NCBI GenBank assembly: GCA_950097605.1
Contig: CATNEU010000001.1
Location: forward strand, 1-29,673
Direction: 5' to 3'
DNA from: an uncultured Oscillospiraceae bacterium
Lineage (GTDB): Bacteria; Bacillota; Clostridia; Oscillospirales; Ruminococcaceae
DNA: 29,673 nucleotides
How positions within the stretch are numbered: position 1 is the stretch's first letter; the number at the start of each line of letters is the position of its first letter. Positions 17,968-25,101 of the stretch are shown piece by piece. The notes under the pieces were generated by a model. It did not search any database, was not told the DNA's origin, and saw only the letters and a list, made by a program, of their open reading frames with translations. A program made the position numbers and the translations under genes.

Positions 17968-18522
17968 CTACAGCAAGCGTTCGTCATAGTGCGCCCGCGC
18001 GCCTCCCACAAATTTGAGCCGCGTGCGCGCGCAGACCACCGGGGCCTCCCCGATTCTGTCGGCGGCGATCCGCACCGGGACCGCCACCCGCCGCAGATGC
18101 ATGCCGATCAGCGTGCTGCCGATGTCCATTCCCGCATGGGCGGCAACCTGTTCGACCGCGACGGGATGCGCAAACGCCGCATAGGCAGCCGTGGCAAACG
18201 ACCCGCCCGCCTTGGGCTGCGGCACCACGTTCACGCACTCCAGCCCATACCGCTGGGCGGCCTCCCGCTCGAGAATCAGCGCGCGGTTGAGATGCTCGCA
18301 GCACTGCGCAGCCAGGTAGATCCCCCGTTCCTTCAGCAGCGGATAGATGCCCGCAAACACCGCCTCGGCCACCTCGCTGCTCGAGAAGGTGCCGATTTTG
18401 CGACCTGCAACCTCGCTGCTCGAACAGCCCACCACAAACATGTCCCCGGCGGAAAGACCCGCCGCCGCAAGCAGCTCGCGCGTCGCGTCCGCCGCCTGTC
18501 CTGTAATTTCCGTCAGCATCAA
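17968..18522 (-). CDS. ywlG: TIGR01440/YwlG (DUF436) family protein
   Basis: VVGCSSSEV.G.KIG, AAQCCEHLNRAL, PQPKAGGS and DIGSTLIGMHL motifs. Confidence 0.9.
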   Translation of the reverse strand: MMLTEITGQAADATRELLAAAGLSAGDMFVVGCSSSEVAGRKIGTFSSSEVAEAVFAGIYPLLKERGIYLAAQCCEHLNRALILEREAAQRYGLECVNVVPQPKAGGSFATAAYAAFAHPVAVEQVAAHAGMDIGSTLIGMHLRRVAVPVRIAADRIGEAPVVCARTRLKFVGGARAHYDERLL

Positions 18523-18534
18523 AATGACCTCCTT

Positions 18535-19590
18535 TTATCGTTCATAGGGCGTGACGGCCCATTTGATGCAGCCGTCCAGCCTGTTTGCAAATGTGTGATA
18601 GCCCTCCAGAATCCGGTTGAGCGGTGCGGTGTGCGTGAGCATCCAGCGGGTATCCAGCCGTCCCTGGGCGATCCATTCCACAAGCGCCGCACAGTGCACC
18701 GCGTCCACACCGCCGGTCCGGAAGGTCAGATTTTTGCCGTACATCCGCTCCAGCGGCAAGGTTTGCGCCTTTTCATACATTGCAACAATCCCCACCGAGG
18801 CGTTTGGCCGCGCGAGCTGCCAGGCCAGCGAAAAGGTGCCCTCTCCGCCGGCGGCCTCGACGACGCCGTCCGCGCCGCGCCCGCCGGTCCATGCGCGCAC
18901 GGCGCGCACCGCGTCCTCCTCCCGGGGATTCACGGCGAGGTCGCAGGCGGCATGCGCCCTGGCAAACGCCAGCCTGTCCGGGTCTATGTCGAGCAGCGCG
19001 ACGCCCGACGCCCCAAGCAGTCGCGCGCACTGCGCCGTGCAAAGCCCCACCGGTCCCGCCCCAATCACCGCCACTCGGTCGCCGGGGCGCACCTCCGCGA
19101 GCTGCGCGCCAAAATACCCGCTGGAGAGCACGTCCCCCACCAGCAGCGCCGCCTCGTCCGATACGCCGCCGGGCAGTTTGGTCAAGCCGGCGTCGGCAAA
19201 CGGCACCCGTACATACTCGGCCTGACAGCCGTCGATCCGGCAGCCCAGCTCCCAGCCGCCGCGCGCACAGTTGTTGATATAGCCGCGGCGGCAAAACCAG
19301 CAGTCCCCGCAAAAGGTGATACAGTTTGCGCAAACCCGGTCGCCGGGCCGCAGGGAGCGCACGGCGTCCCCCACCTGCACCACCTCGCCCACAAACTCGT
19401 GCCCCAACACCACGCTGGGAACGGCGCGCGGCACCGCCCCCTTCCGGATGTGCAGGTCGCTCGTGCAGATCGTGGAGAGCGTCACGCGCACCAGCGCGTC
19501 GCGCGCATCCCGCAGCAGGGGTACCGGCCTTTCCTCCAGCGCAAGCGCGCCGCCCTCCTTGCAAACCAGCGCCATCATGGTTTCCCGCAT
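18535..19590 (-). CDS. Zinc-dependent (MDR) alcohol dehydrogenase-like protein
   Basis: ICTSDLH, GHEFVG, CGDCWFC...NNC, DGCQAEY and GAGPVG motifs; ATG 19590 after GGAGGAAGG. Confidence 0.9.
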   Translation of the reverse strand: MRETMMALVCKEGGALALEERPVPLLRDARDALVRVTLSTICTSDLHIRKGAVPRAVPSVVLGHEFVGEVVQVGDAVRSLRPGDRVCANCITFCGDCWFCRRGYINNCARGGWELGCRIDGCQAEYVRVPFADAGLTKLPGGVSDEAALLVGDVLSSGYFGAQLAEVRPGDRVAVIGAGPVGLCTAQCARLLGASGVALLDIDPDRLAFARAHAACDLAVNPREEDAVRAVRAWTGGRGADGVVEAAGGEGTFSLAWQLARPNASVGIVAMYEKAQTLPLERMYGKNLTFRTGGVDAVHCAALVEWIAQGRLDTRWMLTHTAPLNRILEGYHTFANRLDGCIKWAVTPYER

Positions 19591-19633
19591 TTCGCCTTCC
19601 TCCTTTTTCCGTTCTTCCCGCTCATTTGCAGGC

Positions 19634-19993
19634 TCAGGAAACGCTTGCGCCAAACGGCATCAGCGCCAGCTTTGCCAGCTTGAAGCACTGCAGCCCAAAC
19701 GGGATGCCCACCACCGTGATGCAGAACACGCAGCCGATCAGCGCAGCTTCTATCGCCAGCGGAATTCCACTGAGCAAAATCCAGAGGATATTCAGCAACA
19801 GCGAACCCACGCCGCCGCCATAACGAACCTCCTTCCCAAACGGGAAAAACGCAAGCGACGCAAACTTAAAGCACTGCAGCCCAATGGGGATACCCACAAT
19901 CGTGATACACCAGAGCACGCCCGCAAGCACCCAGCCAAGCCCCAGCAGCAGACCTCCGAAAATAAACCAAAGCGCATTGCCCAAACAACCCAT
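19634..19993 (-). CDS. yccF: YccF-domain inner-membrane protein
   Basis: Duplicated CITIVGIPIG.QCFK.A.LA..PFG motif. Confidence 0.88.
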   Translation of the reverse strand: MGCLGNALWFIFGGLLLGLGWVLAGVLWCITIVGIPIGLQCFKFASLAFFPFGKEVRYGGGVGSLLLNILWILLSGIPLAIEAALIGCVFCITVVGIPFGLQCFKLAKLALMPFGASVS

Positions 19994-20297
19994 TCTCCTA
20001 CCCCTTCCTGTACAGGCCGCAAACGGCCTTCTGTTTCTATTATAGCACGATCCACCGGCCCGCGACACCCGGGACACCACCGGTTTTGCCCCTGAATATA
20101 CTGTTCTGTAGCCGCCATCACCGCATCCGGCCGCGCACCTGCGCGCCGGGCCGTGTGCGGCGGCTTATTGTTCTTATCCGCGCCGAAATTTTCGATTCGC
20201 ATGCGCCATGGGCGCAAACCCGCGCGTTTTTGCGCGGTCCGGCGCACACCCTCCGGCTTTTACCGCCGGATCACTCCGCAAGAAAGGCGGTCTTATT

Positions 20298-21206
20298 ATG
20301 GTACCAATTTATAAACCCATTGGGGAAGAGCAGAAATGCCGCATGGTTCCGATTTCATTTCCCGCACAGCACCAGGATTGCCAGCCGGGTCTGGAATACC
20401 GCATGCAGCCCCAGCCCCTCTCCGAAAACCCCGCGGCAAAGGGCAGCGGGAAGCTCTGCGGCAAAGTCGCTGTGATCACCGGCGGCGACAGCGGCATCGG
20501 CCGCGCCGTCGCCTACGCGTTTGCCAGGGAGGGGGCCGACCTCGTGCTCTCCTATCTCTGCGAACACGAGGACGCCCGGAAAACCAAGCGCCATGTGGAA
20601 AGCCTGGGACGGCGCTGCGTGCTGGTCCCGGGCGACCTGAAACAGGCGTCCATGGCAAAGCAGGTAATCGCGAGAACCATCGACGTCTTTGGCAAACTCG
20701 ACGTCCTCATCAACAACCTCGGCGTCCAATTTGTTCAAAACGATATCCGGGACATTACCGAGGAACAGCTCGACCTCACCTTCCGCACCAACCTCTATTC
20801 GTTCTTCTTCATGATTCAGGCGGCGCTGCCCTATCTGAAGCCCGGCAGCAGCATCATCAACACCACCAGCATCACCGCTTACCGCGGCGAACCCGAGCTG
20901 ATGGACTACAGCGCAACCAAAGGCGGAATCATGGCGCTGACGCGCTCCCTCTCCCTTTCGCTTAAAAACAAGGGCATCCGCGTCAACGGAGTTGCGCCCG
21001 GCCCAACCTGGACGCCGCTGATCCCCGCTTCCTACAGCGCCGAACAGGTGCGCACCTTTGGAAGCGACACCTCCCGCGTGCCGATGAACCGCGCCGGACA
21101 GCCGTTCGAGATCGCGTCCAGCTATGTTTTTCTGGCGTCGGACGACGCCAGCTACATGTCAGGGCAGGTGCTGCATCCAAACGGCGGGGAGATCGTCGGC
21201 TCCTGA
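20298..21206 (+). CDS. SDR oxidoreductase (YhdF/YdaD general-stress type)
   Basis: QHQDCQPGLE..M.PQP, TGGDSGIGRA, DYSATKG and NGVAPGPTWTPLIP motifs. Confidence 0.9.
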   Translation: MVPIYKPIGEEQKCRMVPISFPAQHQDCQPGLEYRMQPQPLSENPAAKGSGKLCGKVAVITGGDSGIGRAVAYAFAREGADLVLSYLCEHEDARKTKRHVESLGRRCVLVPGDLKQASMAKQVIARTIDVFGKLDVLINNLGVQFVQNDIRDITEEQLDLTFRTNLYSFFFMIQAALPYLKPGSSIINTTSITAYRGEPELMDYSATKGGIMALTRSLSLSLKNKGIRVNGVAPGPTWTPLIPASYSAEQVRTFGSDTSRVPMNRAGQPFEIASSYVFLASDDASYMSGQVLHPNGGEIVGS

Positions 21207-21227
21207 CTGCCGGTTTTCCCGGGAAAA

Positions 21228-21259
21228 CAAAGGCGGGGGACATCGTTCCCCCGCCTTTG
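21228..21259. terminator. Bidirectional terminator between SDR and rtcB
   Basis: caaaggcggggga-N6-tcccccgcctttg. Confidence 0.8.
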
Positions 21260-21262
21260 CCG

Positions 21263-22321
21263 TTATCCCTTATAGGTGAGCAGCGGCCGCAGCGTTGCAA
21301 TCACACGGGCCAGGCCGTGCTCCTCCAGCGCCCGGATCACCGGCGCAATGTTTTTATAGGCGTCGGGCGCCTCCTCATAGAGCAGCGGCTGTTCCTGACA
21401 GACCACTCGGCTGCCAAGCGCCGTGCGGTACAGCTCCTCCCGGCTGTACCGCTCCCGCAGGCGGCCCCGGCAGGAGGCGCGCGGCCATTTGCGCCCTGCG
21501 CCGTGGGAAAGCGACCAACAGGACGCCTGGGTTTCCCGTGCGGGCTGCACAAGATAGGCCAGGCTGCCGCGCGAGCCCGGTATCACCACCGGGCCCCGGC
21601 GGGCGCTGACCGCCCCTTTGCGGTGCAGAAAAAAGCCGTCCGGCAGCGCTTCTACAAAGTTGTGGCAACTGTCCAGCACGGCGCGCGGCGGCCCGGCAAA
21701 CCCAAGTGCTGCAAGCAGCTTATCCGCAACCGCCAACCGGTTTTTCTCCGCCCAGGATACCGCTTGGTTGTGCACCCGCAGATATGTCTCGATCTGCGCG
21801 GGACCACATAGCCCCTCCGCGCCGGGATACTCCCGCGCAATCCGCTGGCCAAAGTCCCGCGAGCCGCTGTGCATCAGCAGATAAACTTGGTCCCCCTCCA
21901 GGCCCATCTGCCGCACGGCCTGCCCGTCGAGCACCTGGTCGAGCTGCTGGAACTCCGCGAAGTGGTTGCCGCCGCCCAGCGTGCCAAACGCTGCGAGCGG
22001 ACATTCGCCGCCGGGGGACTCCGCCGCGAGCGGGCCCAGCCGCTCGAGCTTCGCGGCCCACCGGTCCTGCTTGCAGCGGCGGCGTCCAACACCGGTGGCA
22101 AACAGCGTCATGCCGCAGCCGGTATCCCCGCCGGTCAGGTGGGGGTAGAGCACGCCCCGCGTCATCAGCGCCATGCCAACAGGCGTCTTGCCCGCGTGCA
22201 GGTCGGGCAGCCCCACGGTGCGCACCGCACCCGGCAGCGCCGCCGCCTGCGCGAGCTGCTCCACGGCGTCCGAAGACATCCAGTTCTTTTCTGTGGTAAT
22301 CAGTGTATACTCTGTATGCAA
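21263..22321 (-). CDS. rtcB: RtcB-family RNA ligase, release-factor-H-coupled (RtcB2-like) subfamily
   Basis: N-terminus TEKNWMSSDAVEQL...LPG..RTVGLPDLHAG. Catalytic motifs GGDTGCG, GGGNHFAE, HSGSR, CHN, HRKGA, PGSRG, SHGAGR and EEAPDAYK. TTG start after AAAGGAG. Confidence 0.88.
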   Translation of the reverse strand: MHTEYTLITTEKNWMSSDAVEQLAQAAALPGAVRTVGLPDLHAGKTPVGMALMTRGVLYPHLTGGDTGCGMTLFATGVGRRRCKQDRWAAKLERLGPLAAESPGGECPLAAFGTLGGGNHFAEFQQLDQVLDGQAVRQMGLEGDQVYLLMHSGSRDFGQRIAREYPGAEGLCGPAQIETYLRVHNQAVSWAEKNRLAVADKLLAALGFAGPPRAVLDSCHNFVEALPDGFFLHRKGAVSARRGPVVIPGSRGSLAYLVQPARETQASCWSLSHGAGRKWPRASCRGRLRERYSREELYRTALGSRVVCQEQPLLYEEAPDAYKNIAPVIRALEEHGLARVIATLRPLLTYKG

Positions 22322-22385
22322 AATACGCTCCTTTGTTGGTTGGAAAGCCCTCTGCGCGGGCAGCAGCCCGGGAAATTCGGCGCAG

Positions 22386-22417
22386 AAAAGCCGCGGCTCG
22401 AAAAAACCGCGGCTTTT
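22386..22417 (-). terminator. Intrinsic terminator in the rtcB leader (putative attenuator)
   Basis: aaaagccgcgg-N10-ccgcggcttttct on the minus strand, between the promoter and the rtcB RBS. Confidence 0.75.
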
Positions 22418-22511
22418 GGTGGTCCTATCTGCATGCAGCAGCGAGGCGGTGCGGCGGCGCAAAGCGCCAGGCACGGCCTGTATCCACCGGGCTTCGGTTG
22501 TCCGGTCCGAT

Positions 22512-22550
22512 CTATAAAATTGTCTTGCCTCTTCTCGTTTCTGTCAACAT
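22512..22550 (-). CDS. Putative leader peptide MLTETRRGKTIL
   Basis: AAAGGAG, then 8 nt, then ATG TTG ACA GAA ACG AGA AGA GGC AAG ACA ATT TTA TAG, directly after the promoter. Too short for the ORF track. Confidence 0.65.
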   Translation of the reverse strand: MLTETRRGKTIL

Positions 22551-22587
22551 ACCGGACACTCCTTTCCATTGATGGGCTGCTTTTTTC

Positions 22588-22616
22588 AGTATACCGGCCG
22601 CGCCGGCTGCTGTCAA
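22588..22616 (-). promoter_or_regulatory. Sigma-A promoter of leader-rtcB
   Basis: TTGACA-17 bp-TATACT. Confidence 0.8.
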
Positions 22617-22627
22617 GCCGGTTTGCC

Positions 22628-22656
22628 TTGCACCGGGGCGCGCCGAGCGCTATAAT
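22628..22656 (+). promoter_or_regulatory. Sigma-A promoter of yjdF
   Basis: TTGCAC-17 bp-TATAAT. Confidence 0.75.
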
Positions 22657-22756
22657 AGAACTCCAGACCGGCATGCAGGCGGCTCCCCGCCCCTGCCGGG
22701 GAGCCGCCTGCCGCAGCCGGTCCGCCGCGCTGCAACGCGCGGCAACCCGCAAACCA

Positions 22757-22844
22757 GCAGAGATCAAAACACGGCCCGGTTGGTAGTCCGGGCGCGGAGA
22801 CGCCTCCGTCAGTAACCTGCCTCCTAAGGTTGTCCGTTCTCTGC
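22757..22844 (+). ncRNA. yjdF (azaaromatic) riboswitch
   Basis: P1 gcagaga/tctctgc encloses AAAACAC-G..CGGTTGGTAGTCCGG...GTCAGTAACCT.CC.CC...GG.TGTCC, the conserved yjdF core, directly 5' of a yjdF gene. Confidence 0.88.
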
Positions 22845-22872
22845 CACAAACCCATTTTTAGGAGGATTTTCT

Positions 22873-23286
22873 ATGGACGTGCAGGCAGAAATCACCGTGT
22901 TTTTCGAGGACCCGTTTTGGGTGGCCGTTTTCAAACGGCACGAAGAGGGAAGGCTTTGCGCCGCAAAGGTCACGTTTGGGCCGGAACCCACCGAGGCCAT
23001 GCTTTACCCCTTTTTTCTGGAACATTTTAAGGAGCTGCGGTTTGGTCCCGCCGCAGACGGAGAGCGCCAGGCTTGCTGCCGCAATCCCAAGCGGCTGCAG
23101 CGGCAGATTCGGCGGCAGCTCGGTGGGAGCGGCGCGGGCACCAAGGCCCAGCAGGCCATCCAGGCGCAGCAGCAGCTTGCAGCGGCGCAGCGCAAGACCG
23201 AACGGCGCGAACGCACCCAAAGCGAAAAGCAGCAGGCTTTCGAGCGGCGCCGTCAAAAACGCAAGGAAAAACACAAAGGGCACTAG
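22873..23286 (+). CDS. yjdF: YjdF (DUF2992) family protein
   Basis: ITVFFEDPFWVAVF, KVTFGPEPT, NPKRLQRQ, GTKAQQA and C-terminal K.KEKHKGH; RBS AGGAGG. Confidence 0.9.
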   Translation: MDVQAEITVFFEDPFWVAVFKRHEEGRLCAAKVTFGPEPTEAMLYPFFLEHFKELRFGPAADGERQACCRNPKRLQRQIRRQLGGSGAGTKAQQAIQAQQQLAAAQRKTERRERTQSEKQQAFERRRQKRKEKHKGH

Positions 23287-23389
23287 CCACGCCCTGCATA
23301 CCGTCCCGAACGCAGGGGAAGCGGGCGGTATGCAAGATGTCCGCAGCCTTATCTCCGCGGGCATCCCGCAATATTGGTTTTTATAGCAG

Positions 23390-23423
23390 CACAGGCCGCG
23401 TTTTCTAGAAAACGCGGCCTGTG
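23390..23423. repeat. 34-bp perfect palindrome, probable terminator between convergent genes
   Basis: cacaggccgcgttttct|agaaaacgcggcctgtg. Confidence 0.7.
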
Positions 23424-23468
23424 TCTTTTATTATCCCTCATCGCGGGACTGCAAAACACGCTGAAAAT

Positions 23469-23891
23469 TCACCGTCTCCACACCATCCGCCATTCCGGCT
23501 CTCCTGTATGCTCGTCTATCTGCCGGGATTCGGCTGCAAACTGCTCCCGTCTGTAAAACCGCACGGCGCGCTCGTTCTTTTGGTACACCCGCAGCGTCAG
23601 GGTCTCGTGCGTCTGCTTGACAAAATCCAGCAGCCGTCTTCCGATACCTTGAGACTGCGCGCCAACGGCAACGAAAAGGCCCGCAATATAGGAATCCTCC
23701 AGCCCGATGAACCCCAGTATGCCCCGTTCGTCCTCGTATACATAAAGGGCCGACTGCGGCAGCAGTTTCCGCACGGCGGCGATATTCCCTTTCCAGTAGC
23801 TTTCCGGAATAAACCCGTGCGCGCTGCGGTTGGCAGCCAACCAGATCTCCATGACCCGGTCTGTGTCCTCCTGCGCAAACGCCCGTATCAT
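23469..23891 (-). CDS. GNAT N-acetyltransferase (YjaB-like)
   Basis: IWLAANRSAHGFIPESYW, YIAGLFV...QSQGIG..LL and NERAVRFY motifs; ATGA overlap with the upstream gene. Confidence 0.88.
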   Translation of the reverse strand: MIRAFAQEDTDRVMEIWLAANRSAHGFIPESYWKGNIAAVRKLLPQSALYVYEDERGILGFIGLEDSYIAGLFVAVGAQSQGIGRRLLDFVKQTHETLTLRVYQKNERAVRFYRREQFAAESRQIDEHTGEPEWRMVWRR

Positions 23892-24424
23892 AGCCGTTCG
23901 CCGCCCCACAGGCGCGAGAGAATCCACTTGTCGATTCTCTCCGCGGCTTGGTCCGGCGCCAAAGCAGAGGTATCCAGCAATTTGATGGACGGGGTGGTGC
24001 CAGCGGCGTTTTCCACCAGCCAACGGTTAAAATCCAGGGACGACTGCACCCAGGTTTCATCTGTTACGCCTCTGCCGGCCGTCATCCTCTGCCGCAGCGC
24101 CTGGTCGCTGCAAACAACGGCGAGATAGTGGATATCCGTAAACAGCGAACGTTCCGGCAGCGGCTCGAGCTGTTCGGGCGTGTTGCAGCCGCACAGGACA
24201 ACGGGTTTTCCAATTTGCGAGATATTCGCGCACACCGTCATCCACAGTTTGCGATAGGCTTTGTAGTGGTCCTCGGGCGTGTTGTAAATATCATTCCATA
24301 GCAAATCGCTTTCCATTACAATATAGTCTTTCTCATTGGCAAAGAGCGCCGCGCATATGGTCGACTTCCCCGCACAGGAAGCGCCCGTGATGATAAAAAG
24401 AGGTTGTTTATTGGTTGGCTGCAT
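23888..24424 (-). CDS. P-loop small-molecule/nucleoside kinase-like (AAA_33-type) protein
   Basis: Walker A GASCAGKST and ESDLLW; ATG 24424 after GGAGGAG. Confidence 0.75.
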   Translation of the reverse strand: MQPTNKQPLFIITGASCAGKSTICAALFANEKDYIVMESDLLWNDIYNTPEDHYKAYRKLWMTVCANISQIGKPVVLCGCNTPEQLEPLPERSLFTDIHYLAVVCSDQALRQRMTAGRGVTDETWVQSSLDFNRWLVENAAGTTPSIKLLDTSALAPDQAAERIDKWILSRLWGGERL

Positions 24425-24490
24425 AGGGTTCTCCTCCACAGGGGCGCTCCTCTGGCTTTCCAAGGCCCGGCAGTGCGGCCCCCGCTTTCT

Positions 24491-24775
24491 CTATGTATTT
24501 TCTTGCGCGTATAAATTGATCAGTGCCAGCTTCTGTATGCGGCTCATCCGCTTGATTTCGCATTCGCGGCGCAGCGCCTGCGATTTATCCGCCAGTTTTT
24601 CGCAATAGACAAGCCGCACCGGCAGCCTCGACCTTGTGTATTTCGCCCCGCGGCCGCAACTGTGCACCCGCAGGCGCGCCGCAATATCATAGGTCCAGCC
24701 CGTATAGAGCGTGCCGTCCGCGCAGTGCAGCATGTATACAAACGCGCAGGGCGGCGCGCCGTCCTCTAGTCCCAT
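24491..24775 (-). CDS. GIY-YIG nuclease (YazA/UPF0213-like)
   Basis: FVYMLHCADGTLYTGWT.D...RL..H..G.GAKYTRSRLPV.LVY and E..IK motifs. Confidence 0.88.
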   Translation of the reverse strand: MGLEDGAPPCAFVYMLHCADGTLYTGWTYDIAARLRVHSCGRGAKYTRSRLPVRLVYCEKLADKSQALRRECEIKRMSRIQKLALINLYAQENT

Positions 24776-25101
24776 TCCTTCCAGACCTCCGGACGGTACC
24801 CAACCGTTGCCTGCCTGCCGTTTCGGACCACCGGCGTTTTCAGAAGCACCGGTTGTTCCAGCAGTTTTTCGCACCGGTCGTCCTCGTGGGCGAGGTACCG
24901 CACAAGCGCTGCGTCGGGGTGCTTTTCATCAAGCAGCGCATCCAGGCCGCCGCATGCTGCCGCAACCGACCGCAGTTCGCCGCGGCTCAACCCCTTTTTC
25001 GCAAGGTCCACTTTTTGAAATTTGACCCCGCGCTCCTTAAAATAGCGTTCGGCCTTTTTGGTGTCAAAGCATTTGGCCTTTCCAAATATCTGAATGTTCA
25101 T
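24766..25101 (-). CDS. Second ArsC-family protein
   Basis: IQIFGKAKCFDTKKAERYFKERG and LLKTPVVRNG motifs. Confidence 0.85.
   Translation of the reverse strand: MNIQIFGKAKCFDTKKAERYFKERGVKFQKVDLAKKGLSRGELRSVAAACGGLDALLDEKHPDAALVRYLAHEDDRCEKLLEQPVLLKTPVVRNGRQATVGYRPEVWKEWD

Noticed and set aside
17947-19683. 578-aa plus-strand ORF
   Set aside because: It is the antisense shadow of ywlG and the alcohol dehydrogenase; Arg/Pro/Ala-rich with no motif or RBS, as expected at high GC.
22322-22474. N-terminal extension of rtcB in the ORF track
   Set aside because: It crosses the terminator hairpin; the AAAGGAG-linked TTG at 22321 matches the family N-terminus.
21869-22786. 305-aa plus-strand ORF spanning the rtcB leader
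   Set aside because: Antisense to rtcB and running through two promoters and a terminator; no family motif.
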